The notes beneath the pieces are model-generated. The model did no database searches. It saw nothing but the letters and a program-made list of their open reading frames with translations, and had not been told where the DNA came from. The translations under genes and the position numbers were made by a program. Source: an uncultured Akkermansia sp. (GTDB lineage: Bacteria > Verrucomicrobiota > Verrucomicrobiia > Verrucomicrobiales > Akkermansiaceae). Taken from it: a DNA stretch of 50,347 nucleotides. This document shows positions 16,424 to 26,729 of the stretch, one piece after another. Position 1 is the first letter of the stretch. Each line of letters begins with the position of its first letter. The stretch is taken from positions 1-50,347 of the forward strand of contig CAYJON010000002.1 of assembly GCA_964371795.1 (NCBI GenBank). The letters run 5' to 3'.

Positions 16424-19072
16424 TCACTTCTCCCCCTCATCAGCTTTCTTGCGACTCTTCTTGGGGGCGGGTTTAGCGGTAGCTTTTGCAGCCGCTTTGC
16501 GGGCGGGTGCTTTGCGGGCTTTTTTCACCTTGAATACAATATCTTCCTTGCCTTTTGCGATGTCTGCGGTGAAGGTTTCCCCAGCCTTGAGTTCTCCACG
16601 AAGGATGGCCTCTGCGATGGGGTCTTCTAGCATACGCTCTATAGCGCGTCGCATGGGGCGTGCGCCGTAGTCGGGGTTGTAGCCTTTTTCTGCCAGCTTT
16701 GCAATGAGGGCTTCGGAGAGGGTGAGGGTGATTTCCTTTTGTTGCAGGCGGTCGATGAGCTTTGCTGCCTCCAAGCGGACGATCTGCGAGAGGTCGATGC
16801 GCTCCAACATGCGGAAGACGATGAGCTCGTCAAAGCGGTTGATGAACTCTGGGCGGAAGTGCTTTTTGGCCGCTTCGGTGATTTTTTCCTTCATCATGTC
16901 GTAGTCTGCCTCCTGCTTTGCCGCTGCGCCAAAGCCCATGCTGCCCTGCACCTTTGCGAGACTTGCGCCCACGTTGGAGGTGAGGATGATGATGGTATTG
17001 CGGAAGTTGACCTTGCGACCGAGGGAGTCTGTGACAATGCCTTCTTCTAAGACTTGGAGCAGGATATTCATCACATCGGGGTGGGCTTTTTCCACCTCGT
17101 CAAAGAGGATAACAGCATAGGGGCGGCGGCGTATCTGCTCTGTGAGTTGGCCTCCGTCCTCATGACCCACATAACCTGGGGGAGAACCGATGAGACGGCT
17201 GGTGGCGTGCTTTTCCATGTACTCACTCATGTCTACTTGAATGAGGGCTTCGGCTGTGCCAAACATGATTTCTGCGAGATTGCGCGCGAGGTAGGTCTTG
17301 CCCACGCCAGTGGGTCCCATGAAGAGGAATGACCCAATGGGGCGGCGGGGGTCTTTGATGTCGGCGCGACTGCGACGTAGGGCGCGGGAGATGGCACTGC
17401 ATGCCTCATCCTGTCCGATGACCTTGGATTTGAGGTCATTTTCCATGCGCAGTAGCTTTTCTGCCTCCTTTTCCTCCATGCGGGAGAGGGGGATGCCAGT
17501 GGAGCGGGAGAGGATTTTCATGATATCCTCCTCATCCACGTCATAGTAGACACCGTCTACGGATTCGCGCCATGCGGCAACATCCTTTTGAATGTCTTGC
17601 TTGAGGGTGTGCTCTTCGTCACGTAGCTTCGCGGCTAACTCAAAGTTTTGGTCGCTGACGGCACTTAGCTTTTCCGCGAGAAGCTCTCGACGCTTTGCCT
17701 CCTGACCTTTGATTTCATCAGGGCGGGTGAGTCGTCCCACCTGCTTGTGAGAGCCAGCCTCGTCAATGACATCAATGGCCTTGTCTGGCAAAAAGCGACC
17801 AGTGATGTAGCGTTTGGAAAGATTCGCAGCGGCCTCAATAGCCTTTGTCGTATAGTGTACCTTGTGGTGCTCTTCGTAACGCTTAGCAAGACCATGCAGG
17901 ATAAGAATAGTGTCCTCTACAGAGGGTTCTCCCACCTGCACCTGCTGGAAGCGGCGTTCAAAAGCACCGTCCTTTTCTATGTGCTTGCGGTACTCATTGA
18001 GGGTGGTTGCACCTATGGCTTGGAGTTCTCCGCGAGAGAGAGCGGGCTTGATGATATTAGAAGCATCCATCGTGCCCTCGGCAGAGCCTGCGCCAATGAG
18101 GGTGTGTAGCTCATCAATGAAGAGAATGATATTCTTTTCCTGCATCAGCTCATCCATGACGGTCTTGAGACGCTCTTCAAACTGTCCTCTGTACTTTGTC
18201 CCTGCAACCATGAGGGCGAGGTCTAGGGAGACAATGCGCTTGTCTATCAAAAATTCTGGCACATCGCCATTGATGATTTGCTGGGCGAGTCCTTCAATGA
18301 TAGCAGACTTGCCCACACCAGGTTCTCCGATGAGGACGGGGTTGTTCTTGATGCGGCGGCAGAGGATTTCTATCACGCGGGCGATTTCTTCCGTTCTGCC
18401 AATGACAGGGTCTAGTTCTCCTCTGGCAGCGCGGGCTGTCAGGTCGCGTCCAAAGGCGCGGAGGGCAGGGGTTTTGTCGCCACCCGGTTCTCCCTTACGT
18501 GCCATGTTGCGCATGTTGTTGATTTCGCTTTCTTCCTCCATCGGGTTTTGTTGAGGGGGGAAGGTGAAGTCGCTATCATCATCGCTGCTGTCGCTGTCGT
18601 CAGAGTCCTTGTTCTTGTTCTCTTCTAGGCTGCGTCTGACATTGCTTTCGTTGATGACGCGCTTGCGGGCATCATCGTAATTGAGCCCTGCTGTGGTGAG
18701 GGCATGCCAAGCCAAGCCATCGTTGTCGCGCAGGATGGCGAGAAGGATGTGCTCTGTGCCCACGTAGTTGTGGTTGAGAGCCTTTGCTTCACTGCCAGCC
18801 ATGCTTAATAGCTTTTTGGCGCGGGGTGTGTAGGGGAGGTTGCCTTCGGGCGCGGGGCGTGTGCCTTCTACCATAGACTGCTCCACCATCTCGGTGAGGC
18901 GTTCTATGTTGATGAGGTTGTACTCCATGACGGAGATGGCAACCCCTTGACCGAGACGCAAGAGTCCTAACAAGAGGTGCTCTGCTCCGATGTAGGTATG
19001 GTTGTAGCGTTCCGCCTCTCTGCGTGAGAGGTTGAGGACCTGATGGGCGCGGGGTGTAAATTGGTTCATCAT
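16424..19072 (-). CDS. clpC: ATP-dependent Clp protease ATP-binding subunit ClpC
   Basis: Double Clp-N repeat, two AAA+ modules ([16 protein letters not shown]), UVR coil, MGF ClpP-binding loop. Confidence 0.95.
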   Translation of the reverse strand: MMNQFTPRAHQVLNLSRREAERYNHTYIGAEHLLLGLLRLGQGVAISVMEYNLINIERLTEMVEQSMVEGTRPAPEGNLPYTPRAKKLLSMAGSEAKALNHNYVGTEHILLAILRDNDGLAWHALTTAGLNYDDARKRVINESNVRRSLEENKNKDSDDSDSSDDDSDFTFPPQQNPMEEESEINNMRNMARKGEPGGDKTPALRAFGRDLTARAARGELDPVIGRTEEIARVIEILCRRIKNNPVLIGEPGVGKSAIIEGLAQQIINGDVPEFLIDKRIVSLDLALMVAGTKYRGQFEERLKTVMDELMQEKNIILFIDELHTLIGAGSAEGTMDASNIIKPALSRGELQAIGATTLNEYRKHIEKDGAFERRFQQVQVGEPSVEDTILILHGLAKRYEEHHKVHYTTKAIEAAANLSKRYITGRFLPDKAIDVIDEAGSHKQVGRLTRPDEIKGQEAKRRELLAEKLSAVSDQNFELAAKLRDEEHTLKQDIQKDVAAWRESVDGVYYDVDEEDIMKILSRSTGIPLSRMEEKEAEKLLRMENDLKSKVIGQDEACSAISRALRRSRADIKDPRRPIGSFLFMGPTGVGKTYLARNLAEIMFGTAEALIQVDMSEYMEKHATSRLIGSPPGYVGHEDGGQLTEQIRRRPYAVILFDEVEKAHPDVMNILLQVLEEGIVTDSLGRKVNFRNTIIILTSNVGASLAKVQGSMGFGAAAKQEADYDMMKEKITEAAKKHFRPEFINRFDELIVFRMLERIDLSQIVRLEAAKLIDRLQQKEITLTLSEALIAKLAEKGYNPDYGARPMRRAIERMLEDPIAEAILRGELKAGETFTADIAKGKEDIVFKVKKARKAPARKAAAKATAKPAPKKSRKKADEGEK

Positions 19073-20220
19073 GATGGGGAAAGTTCTTTGCTGGTTAGTG
19101 CTAATTTTTTGAGCATGAGGTGGGCAAGTTGGGCGCGTGCCACGTGGAGGAAGTGATTGCTGTTTTCTAGCTGCTCTACCTCAATCTCGAGTTGTTCAAT
19201 GCAGAAAGTGCGCAATTGCGCAGGCGCAAGAGAGAGATTCGCATCGTCAATCTCGTTGATGATGTCATCTGTCTCTATGTCGTTGAGTTCACTGGTGAGC
19301 AAGCCTAGTGATACCCCCATCTTGATAAGGGAAAGGCAGTCTGTGAGCTCTTTGAAAGTCAGGGATTGTGCGTATTTGATAGTGCCATATGCACGTCCCA
19401 CGAGGTCTCGGGTGAGCAGGCTGTCTTCCTCCAGCATATGATTTCGTAGGGCGTGTTCCTGTTGAATCAGCTTGAAGGATGCTGCCGTGAGGCGCTGGAT
19501 ATTATCCGCGCTTTGAGAGATGGGCGAGGGCTTGCTAAAAATAAAGAAAAGATTACCCTTATCTTCCTCTTCCTCATCGGCATAGAAGGCTTGAATACCT
19601 AGACCCAGCGCATCCAGCGCGTGGCGTATCTTGGGTAGGGCGCCGATACTGGTCAGCATGGGTAGGTGATGCAGCATGTAGAATTGCACTCCCTCCCCGC
19701 ATTCACTAGGGATGCTGGTGAGGTAACCTTGTGTGTTGTTGTAGGCAAAGCGTTCTGCGCTTTCTTCCAAAAGTGCTTCAACCTTGTCGGCAAATTTTTG
19801 CATCTTTTTGAGCATGCCATCCATATCCCCGTTGGGGGAGAAGGCGTGGAGTACCATGTGCTCCTCCTCATTGAGCATGACTATCATGTCCTGCTTTTTG
19901 GGGATGAATAACTCGCAACCTGCCTGCCTATTGGCAAAGGAAGGGGACATCAGCTTTCTTTCCAGCAGAGCCATGCGTGGCATGCGGGCTATATCTGCTA
20001 TATCGCTGTGGAAGGCGCGGGCGTAACCTGCTTGCTTTTTGATGGCAGGGCGTAGAATCTCTAGAACCTTGGCGCGTGATTCATCGCTGCTCCAACCGGG
20101 GAAGGGGTGTCCATCCAGAGAGCGCACCATGCGTCCCATGAGACCGAGGAAGATATCCTGAAAGCCTTCTCTGGCACGCATCCATGGGTTTTTAGTGATA
20201 AAAATACTGGATAGTTTCAT
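19069..20220 (-). CDS. mcsB: McsB-like ATP:guanido phosphotransferase-fold protein, catalytically degenerate
   Basis: NEEEH, GYLTS, HLP and GRAYG motifs; position between mcsA and clpC. Confidence 0.85.
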   Translation of the reverse strand: MKLSSIFITKNPWMRAREGFQDIFLGLMGRMVRSLDGHPFPGWSSDESRAKVLEILRPAIKKQAGYARAFHSDIADIARMPRMALLERKLMSPSFANRQAGCELFIPKKQDMIVMLNEEEHMVLHAFSPNGDMDGMLKKMQKFADKVEALLEESAERFAYNNTQGYLTSIPSECGEGVQFYMLHHLPMLTSIGALPKIRHALDALGLGIQAFYADEEEEDKGNLFFIFSKPSPISQSADNIQRLTAASFKLIQQEHALRNHMLEEDSLLTRDLVGRAYGTIKYAQSLTFKELTDCLSLIKMGVSLGLLTSELNDIETDDIINEIDDANLSLAPAQLRTFCIEQLEIEVEQLENSNHFLHVARAQLAHLMLKKLALTSKELSPS

Positions 20221-20801
20221 TGTGATTCCTTGAGTTTGTTGATTTCGTCTCGTATGCTGGCAGCTAGCTCGTAGTGCTCTCGGGAGACAGCGAGCTCCAA
20301 ATCCAGTTCCAGTTTAGCTATCTTGAGTGAGACAGGCGTATCTGGCGAATCGCTCAATGAGAAGGGTTCTGAATAGGAAAGGAGATCATCTAAGTCTTGA
20401 TTGTCGTTGGCAATGCTCTGCACACTCATTTCTTGAGAAACTTGGAAGACACTGTAGCAGTGTGGGCAGCCCATGCGACCCGTTTCGCGAACCTGCTCTA
20501 TGGTAAAGTTGCAAGATGGGCACTGCGTTAGCATATCCATCTTGGGGGTGACGGTGGCAAGCAAGTGGCTGGAATCCTCCTGAGAGGAGATGTCGGCAAT
20601 TTCTTTGACGATATCTTCCACCTTTTTCTTGAGCTCTTCGGGGAAAAATTTTTCGGCAAAGGATAGGGACTGCGGGTCAAAAAAACCTTTGTTTTTGGCA
20701 CAATTCTCACAGAGGCACAATTCAGTAATTTTCCCCTGAACAACCTGAGTTAAAAATAAGTGGGCTATTTTGCCGCATAGATGGCATTTCTTCACGTGCA
20801 T
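20217..20801 (-). CDS. mcsA: McsA-like protein (four CxxC motifs plus UVR domain)
   Basis: CHLC, CENC, CPSC, CPHC; AVSREHYELAASIRDEI. True start may be GTG at 20795. Confidence 0.9.
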   Translation of the reverse strand: MHVKKCHLCGKIAHLFLTQVVQGKITELCLCENCAKNKGFFDPQSLSFAEKFFPEELKKKVEDIVKEIADISSQEDSSHLLATVTPKMDMLTQCPSCNFTIEQVRETGRMGCPHCYSVFQVSQEMSVQSIANDNQDLDDLLSYSEPFSLSDSPDTPVSLKIAKLELDLELAVSREHYELAASIRDEINKLKESQ

Positions 20802-20830
20802 TTTATAGCATCTTATGAGATGAAATTCAA
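20802..20830 (-). promoter_or_regulatory. Sigma70-like promoter of mcsA-mcsB-clpC
   Basis: TTGAAT-17 bp-TATAAA (TG-extended); abuts ATG 20801 and is 6 nt from in-frame GTG 20795. Confidence 0.55.
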
Positions 20831-20907
20831 GCTTGTATCTTGTCAGTCTTTTTATGGGCTTAATTGTTAGAATAAAAGATGCTCATTTATCATGTCGTGT
20901 TTTTTGC

Positions 20908-20936
20908 TTGATAGGGGCACTTTCTTTGATTAGAAT
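20908..20936 (+). promoter_or_regulatory. Sigma70-like promoter of trxB
   Basis: TTGATA-17 bp-TAGAAT, 7 nt before ATG. Confidence 0.65.
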
Positions 20937-20943
20937 AAGACCA

Positions 20944-21873
20944 ATGAGTGAAAAACTAATTATCATTGGAGCAGGTCCTGCTGGTTATACAGCAGCTATC
21001 TATGCAGCACGTGCGGATTTAGCACCTCTTTTATTTACAGGTGACCAAATTGGTGGCCAGCTTACCACCACAACAGAGGTTGAAAATTTCCCTGGCTTTC
21101 CAGAGGGTATCATGGGACCAGAGCTCATGTTCAAAATGAGCGAGCAGGCGCAACGCTACGGCACGCGCTTTGCCTATGAAAATGTACTTTCCGTGACACA
21201 GGAGGCTTGCAGCGGGCTCTTTGTAGTGACTACCTCTGGTGGGGCATATAAGGCCGCTGCCGTCATCGTTGCCACAGGCGCCAAGGCTCGCTATCTGGGT
21301 CTGGAGGGCGAGAAGGATCTCATCGGCCGTGGCCTGACAGCCTGCGCTACCTGCGACGGAGCATTCTACCGTGACGTGCCCGTCTGCGTGATTGGTGGTG
21401 GTGACAGTGCCTGCGAAGAGGCTGACTTCCTCACACGCTTTGCCTCAAAGGTCTACCTCATCCACCGCCGTGATGAGCTGCGCGCCAGCAAGGCCATGCA
21501 ACAGCGTGTTCTGGAGCACGAAAAGATTGAAGTGCTTTGGAACAGCACCATAGACTCCTACAAGACAGATGAAAAGGGTGAGGTGGACAGCATTGTCCTC
21601 AGTGACACCCAGACAGGCGAGAAGCGCGACTTGGACGTGAAGTGCGTCTTCATGGCCATTGGTCACGACCCCAACAGCAGCTTCCTCGGTGATATGGTGG
21701 AGCGTGACGACGCAGGCTTTATCATCCGCCAGCCTAACAGCACGGCGACAAAGACCCCCGGTCTCTTTGCTGCTGGCGACGTAGCTGATGCCGTGTACAA
21801 GCAGGCAATCTCTGCTGCGGGCATGGGCTGCTGGGCAGCTTTGGATGCAGAGCGCTATCTGCACTCCCTCTAA
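20944..21873 (+). CDS. trxB: Thioredoxin reductase
   Basis: GAGPAGYTAAIYAAR, VENFPGF, CATCDG, GGGDSA, FAAGDV. Confidence 0.97.
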   Translation: MSEKLIIIGAGPAGYTAAIYAARADLAPLLFTGDQIGGQLTTTTEVENFPGFPEGIMGPELMFKMSEQAQRYGTRFAYENVLSVTQEACSGLFVVTTSGGAYKAAAVIVATGAKARYLGLEGEKDLIGRGLTACATCDGAFYRDVPVCVIGGGDSACEEADFLTRFASKVYLIHRRDELRASKAMQQRVLEHEKIEVLWNSTIDSYKTDEKGEVDSIVLSDTQTGEKRDLDVKCVFMAIGHDPNSSFLGDMVERDDAGFIIRQPNSTATKTPGLFAAGDVADAVYKQAISAAGMGCWAALDAERYLHSL

Positions 21874-21915
21874 AATCAACTATTTCTACCCCCTTCCCAA
21901 CAAAATTGAGCAGAT

Positions 21916-22572
21916 ATGAAAAGAACATCCTTACTGATCACATGCTCCATGCTCCTTTTTTCCTGCACCTCGCTGGAAGAAGAGATGGCGCAACAGTTTA
22001 TGCAGGGTAACACCTTTTATCAATCAGGTGATTACTCTTCAGCTTTACCTCTGCTGCTCAAGGCTGCGGAAGGGGGAAATGCCGAGGCGCAGTACCTAGT
22101 CGGTCGTAGTTACGACTTTGGACTGGGGGCAAAGAAAAATCTAGCTCTCGCCATCTCTTGGTACAAAAAGGCAGCAGCCCAAGGCAATGCTGCCGCCCAA
22201 GATAATCTCGGCACCTGCTATATCACAGGCGAGGGTGTGGAAAAGAACTCCGCAGAGGCTGTTCGCCTCTACCACCTAGCCGCCAATCAGGGTAATATCT
22301 CCGCAATGACCAATATTGGGCTCTGCTACATAGACGGTGAGGGCGTGGTAAGGGATTATGGCACGGCAGTGAGCTACTTTGAACGTGCCGCCAAGGCGGG
22401 AGATGCCGAGGCGCAGTACAATCTGGGTCGCTGCTACTTCCATGGCATGGGGGTGGAGGTGAACCATGAGACAGCGCGCCAATGGATAGAGAGCGCGCAG
22501 GCACAGGGGCATAGAGATGCAAAGCTTTTTATGGTGGAGAACTTCCCCACACAGGGGGTGACTCCGCAGTAG
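21916..22572 (+). CDS. Sel1-like repeat lipoprotein
   Basis: Lipobox-like LFSC; about four AQYxLG..Y..G.GV repeats. Confidence 0.9.
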   Translation: MKRTSLLITCSMLLFSCTSLEEEMAQQFMQGNTFYQSGDYSSALPLLLKAAEGGNAEAQYLVGRSYDFGLGAKKNLALAISWYKKAAAQGNAAAQDNLGTCYITGEGVEKNSAEAVRLYHLAANQGNISAMTNIGLCYIDGEGVVRDYGTAVSYFERAAKAGDAEAQYNLGRCYFHGMGVEVNHETARQWIESAQAQGHRDAKLFMVENFPTQGVTPQ

Positions 22573-22582
22573 AGAGGTGCTT

Positions 22583-23878
22583 ATGCCTGACACATCTTCT
22601 TCGCCCGATAAGGGCTATCAGCCTCGCATAGAGCAGCCCCGATGGGCGGCTTTTTGGGGGCTCGCCATAACGCAGTCCATGAACGCCCTTAATGAGAAGG
22701 GGGTGCAATCCCTTCTCATCGCGCTGGGTATATGGCTGAGCTACCCCTTGCAGTATGAGCTCTCTGTGCTCATGGTGCTGCCCTTTGTCATTTTTGGCCC
22801 CTTGGCTGGCTGGATTGGCGACCGTTACTGCAAAACGAAGCTTTTGCAGGTTATGGTGCTCTTGCAAATTTTCGTGCTCATAGGGATGTTTTTTGGGCTC
22901 TATTACCACCAGATATGGGTGGCAGTGGGCTTTTTTGCTGTATTCTGTATACAGGCCGTGTTTTTCAGTCCCGCCAAAAAGGGATTGGTGAAGGATATGG
23001 CGTGTGCAGAGCAGATTGGCTTTGCCAGTGGCATCGTGGAGATTAGCTCCATGCTCGCCCTGCTTGTGGGGCAGATTGGCGGCTTTTATCTCGTGTTTTA
23101 CTTGCTCTCCATCTGGGGAGAACAGGCTGGATGGGAGGCTGCGGCTTGGCCCTGTCTGATCTGCTTGGTCGGGGCGGTGGGGGTCTTTATCCTCAGCCTG
23201 CGCTTGCCACGCTTTGAACCAGAAAATCATGCGCCTTTCCGCTGGTCGCTGCTTTGGGAACAGTTTGCGCAGGTCAAGATGCTGTGGAAAAATAAATTAC
23301 TGCGCCATAGCGAGGTGGGCATAGGCTACTTCTGGTTTATTGCAGGGGTGATGATGCTCATCGCTCTAGATATGGCCAGTGAAGCGCATGCTGGATCTTC
23401 GGATGATCAGAGCTTTATGTCCATGCTGGGTCAGCAGAGGGATTCTGCCCTGCTCATTGCTTGGATTAGTGGTGGTTCTATCCTAGGGGGTGCATTCGCC
23501 TCCGTGATTTGCTCTGGCAAGATACGTCTTTGGATAGCCTACGCGGGTGGTCTCGGGATGGTTGTTGGTTGCACCATGCTGGCACTCACGCAGTACGGAG
23601 ATACGCTTTTTTATGCGGCATTGGTGATGACTGGCTTTAGTGCGGCTGCCTTCTTGGTACCCCTTAATGCCATCTTGCAAAACTGTGCTGACAATGACAA
23701 ACGCGGTGATGTGATAGCCGCTGGCAACCTCGTTGACTGCTTTTTGGCTATGCTTGCCGTCGGCGTGCAAAAATTGATGCATGACGCCAACGTGAGTATA
23801 CAGATGCAGTGTGCTACACTTGCCGTACTCAGCCTTTTGGTAACATTATACATCATCAAAAATGCGCGCACTAGCTAG
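22583..23878 (+). CDS. MFS transporter, LplT/Aas-like
   Basis: About 12 TM segments; LPFVIFGPLAGWIGDRY, QAVFFSPAK, VPLNAILQ, RGDVIAAGN. Confidence 0.85.
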   Translation: MPDTSSSPDKGYQPRIEQPRWAAFWGLAITQSMNALNEKGVQSLLIALGIWLSYPLQYELSVLMVLPFVIFGPLAGWIGDRYCKTKLLQVMVLLQIFVLIGMFFGLYYHQIWVAVGFFAVFCIQAVFFSPAKKGLVKDMACAEQIGFASGIVEISSMLALLVGQIGGFYLVFYLLSIWGEQAGWEAAAWPCLICLVGAVGVFILSLRLPRFEPENHAPFRWSLLWEQFAQVKMLWKNKLLRHSEVGIGYFWFIAGVMMLIALDMASEAHAGSSDDQSFMSMLGQQRDSALLIAWISGGSILGGAFASVICSGKIRLWIAYAGGLGMVVGCTMLALTQYGDTLFYAALVMTGFSAAAFLVPLNAILQNCADNDKRGDVIAAGNLVDCFLAMLAVGVQKLMHDANVSIQMQCATLAVLSLLVTLYIIKNARTS

Positions 23879-23894
23879 TGTGCTCAATCTGCGC

Positions 23895-23923
23895 TTGTCA
23901 AGGGTGGGATTTTTTGTTAATCT
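23895..23923 (+). promoter_or_regulatory. Sigma70-like promoter of the TolC-like gene
   Basis: TTGTCA-17 bp-TAATCT (TG-extended), 9 nt before ATG. Confidence 0.55.
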
Positions 23924-23932
23924 AGGTGGCAG

Positions 23933-25195
23933 ATGAGGAGAGTATTGACAGTTTTGGCATGTGGCACGTTGTTGATGTCCTCATGTAGTATTGAAGATAT
24001 ACTCTTTGATACGAGTGCTGATTTGCAAAAAAAGTTTCAAAGTCTCAAGGAGTGGGAACACCTGCCCCTGCGCAATATCTCGTGGAATCAAGCTGTTGCC
24101 ATGATTGCAGAGCGCAATCACGACATGATACGTGCAGAAAGTACCATAGAATCAGCAAAGCGCGAGGTACGCTCCGTCTTCACTGACCTTATACCTGGTG
24201 TCTCCTATTATAGCAATTTCTCTAACACCATAGCGGGTTTGCTAGAAGCCTCCAATGCAGGGAACTCTAGCTACAATGTTCAAGTTTCCTTCTCTCTGCC
24301 ATCCCTTACACAGGTGCCTTATCGCGTGTACTCGGCACAGGCTAGAGCCTTTTCTGCCGAAAAGGCGCGTGAGGGCAAGATGCGAGAGCTCTCCTCCCGC
24401 CTTTACAAGCAGATACGAAACAGGGAACTTGAGTTAAAGCTCAAGGAGATGGAGTCGCATAAGCACAACGTTCTTCCCAAGACAACAGAACAAGTGCAAA
24501 AGGAACAGGATGCCGAAGCCAAATTCTGGCAAGAAATGGCAGAACTTCTTGGCGATAATAGCGCACGTTGGATGGTCATACACGAAACCATGCCCCGCAT
24601 CAATTGGGAAAGCTACCGCAAGAAACTCGATACCCTCGATGAGCTTGTCCTCTGCGAAATGGCCATGCGAGTGGAGCAAGCACGCCTGCAACAGTATGGT
24701 GTCGCCCTGCGCTACTTGCCCACCGTCAACACCAGTCTTTATAGTCCCTCGCTCTTTACCTCCACTGGTGGTACCTATGATGGTGCTTTCTTGGACAGTG
24801 AGGATACGACCCTCAATATGAGCATCAGTTACGCACTAGATACCGAGCTGAGTAACTGGAACAACTATAAGACCAATAAAGAAAACTTTGACCTGACTTG
24901 CAAGGAGATTGTCAGCGAGCTCATCACCCGCCGCGCCACACTGCGCACCCTCAAAAATAGCTTTACGGAGTACGAGGTGTGGAAGAGCTTTATGAAAAAG
25001 AAGATGAAGTACCTGCGATCTCACCCGCCTGATACGGCAAAAGAATTCATAGACCGCAGCACCCTCTTGATTGACATGCAGCGAGAACTCTTGCAGCAGG
25101 AAAAGAACTCCATCGAGACGGAGGCCTCCCTCCTTCTAGAATATGGTTTCCCCGGTGAAAAAAAGAATTTTACCGGCAGCAGACTAGAAGACTAA
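23933..25195 (+). CDS. TolC/OEP-like outer membrane lipoprotein
   Basis: Lipobox-like MSSC; two helical repeats (DLIPGVS, RYLPTVN) with the TolC-like layout. Confidence 0.6.
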   Translation: MRRVLTVLACGTLLMSSCSIEDILFDTSADLQKKFQSLKEWEHLPLRNISWNQAVAMIAERNHDMIRAESTIESAKREVRSVFTDLIPGVSYYSNFSNTIAGLLEASNAGNSSYNVQVSFSLPSLTQVPYRVYSAQARAFSAEKAREGKMRELSSRLYKQIRNRELELKLKEMESHKHNVLPKTTEQVQKEQDAEAKFWQEMAELLGDNSARWMVIHETMPRINWESYRKKLDTLDELVLCEMAMRVEQARLQQYGVALRYLPTVNTSLYSPSLFTSTGGTYDGAFLDSEDTTLNMSISYALDTELSNWNNYKTNKENFDLTCKEIVSELITRRATLRTLKNSFTEYEVWKSFMKKKMKYLRSHPPDTAKEFIDRSTLLIDMQRELLQQEKNSIETEASLLLEYGFPGEKKNFTGSRLED

Positions 25196-25199
25196 GCAC

Positions 25200-26030
25200 A
25201 TGAACCCCCATCCCATTATCCCCCTACCACCCATAGGTTATGGGACAGGAGATGCCCATGGATCAGAGTTGGGGCAGGCTCTCCTCCATGCGCTAGAGAC
25301 AGGCTACAGACTCATTGACACTGCAGATGTCTACCGCAACGAGGAGATAGTTGGCCAAGCTATCGTGCGAAGCGGGATTCCCCGAGAAGATCTCATCATC
25401 ACCAGCAAGCTGCATATCAACAAAAAGGGCTATGAGTCCACGCGAGTAGCCTTTCACGAAAGTTTGAAAAAATTACAGCTGGACTATCTGGATATCTACC
25501 TCATCCACTGGCCAGCCAATGCCATGCATAACCCTCATGATTGGCAGCAGATAAATGCTGACACATGGCGTGCGATGGAAGACTTGCAGCGAGAGGGGCT
25601 CATACGTGGCATAGGGCTCAGCAACTTTATGCCAGAGCATCTTGACGCACTCTGCGAGACCGCCACCCTATGTCCCCTCCTGAATCAAATAGAATTTCAC
25701 CCCGGTCACATGCAGCATGAGACACGCGCAGCCTGTGCGCAAAAAGGCATCCGCGTCGAGGCATGGTCACCGCTGGGCATAGGAAAGCTCTTGCAGCATC
25801 CTCTGATATTGGATATGGCTGCCAAGTATGGCAAAACGGCAGCGCAAATCTGCCTCAGGTGGTGCATACAGCATGATTGCCTGCCCATACCAAAATCGGT
25901 GAGTCCTCATCGCCTCGTGGAGAACTATCGAGTCACGGACTTTTGCATAGCCGAAGAGGACATGCAGCGCATTGATGTCATGCCCGCCTGTGGATATACG
26001 GGATGGGATCCTTATTCAATGAAGCTATAA
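25200..26030 (+). CDS. Aldo/keto reductase (DkgA-like)
   Basis: GYRLIDTADVY, ITSKL, YLDIYLIHWP, IGLSNF, NQIEFHP, PIPKS. Confidence 0.95.
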   Translation: MNPHPIIPLPPIGYGTGDAHGSELGQALLHALETGYRLIDTADVYRNEEIVGQAIVRSGIPREDLIITSKLHINKKGYESTRVAFHESLKKLQLDYLDIYLIHWPANAMHNPHDWQQINADTWRAMEDLQREGLIRGIGLSNFMPEHLDALCETATLCPLLNQIEFHPGHMQHETRAACAQKGIRVEAWSPLGIGKLLQHPLILDMAAKYGKTAAQICLRWCIQHDCLPIPKSVSPHRLVENYRVTDFCIAEEDMQRIDVMPACGYTGWDPYSMKL

Positions 26031-26033
26031 CAA

Positions 26034-26723
26034 TCACGCCTCCCAGACCTTGCGCTGCAAGGCATCGGCAGCAGCGGCATTTTGGGCAGCTTTTTTGCTG
26101 CCACCCTGTCCCTCTCCGACGATATCTGTGCCCCAGTAGACACGGGAAAGGAAGGGCGCGGTCCCATTGTCACCCAGTGCCTCTTCTTTGTAGCTGACTA
26201 GCAACTGTGTGTTCAGGGATTGCAGTAGCTCCAGCAGTTCCACCTTGGGGTTTTTTTTAATGCTTTGATTTTCGCCTAAACTTTGTAGGCTGTTTTTCAA
26301 GAGATGCAGCGCGACGCGGCGTGCGACCTTGTACTGGGAGTCCATGAGAACAGCACCGATGATGCTCTCAAAGGTGTTGGCAAGGATGGAGCGCAGGCCT
26401 GCACCTCCTACTTCGCGTAGGTGAGGGCTCATGCGTATTTGATCTCCCCAGCAGAGCTTTTCTGCTAGCGTGGCAAGATGTTCTCTGCTGACGACAGCGG
26501 CGCGCAGCTGGGTGAGTTCTCCCTCGCTAGCCTTGGGAAAGAGAGAAAAGAGTTCTCTGCTCACCACCAACTCCAGCAAGGCATCGCCCAAAAATTCCAA
26601 TCGCTCGTAGGCGCGGTTTGTCTTTGCCTTATTATCAACACTGGGGTGAGTCAAGGCCTGATGCAGCCACTGCTCATCCGTGAAGCTGTAGCCCAACTGT
26701 TCTTCCAAGAGGGAGCGATTCAT
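26034..26723 (-). CDS. rnc: Ribonuclease III
   Basis: ALTHPS, ERLEFLGDA signature, C-terminal dsRBD (NPK...GGSKKAAQNAAA). Confidence 0.96.
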   Translation of the reverse strand: MNRSLLEEQLGYSFTDEQWLHQALTHPSVDNKAKTNRAYERLEFLGDALLELVVSRELFSLFPKASEGELTQLRAAVVSREHLATLAEKLCWGDQIRMSPHLREVGGAGLRSILANTFESIIGAVLMDSQYKVARRVALHLLKNSLQSLGENQSIKKNPKVELLELLQSLNTQLLVSYKEEALGDNGTAPFLSRVYWGTDIVGEGQGGSKKAAQNAAAADALQRKVWEA

Positions 26724-26729
26724 GATAGC

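Noticed and set aside
26360..26400. RNase III second acidic motif reads ANTFES instead of ADxFEA
   Set aside because: The signature motif and the essential Glu are intact; Asn at this position is insufficient to call the enzyme inactive
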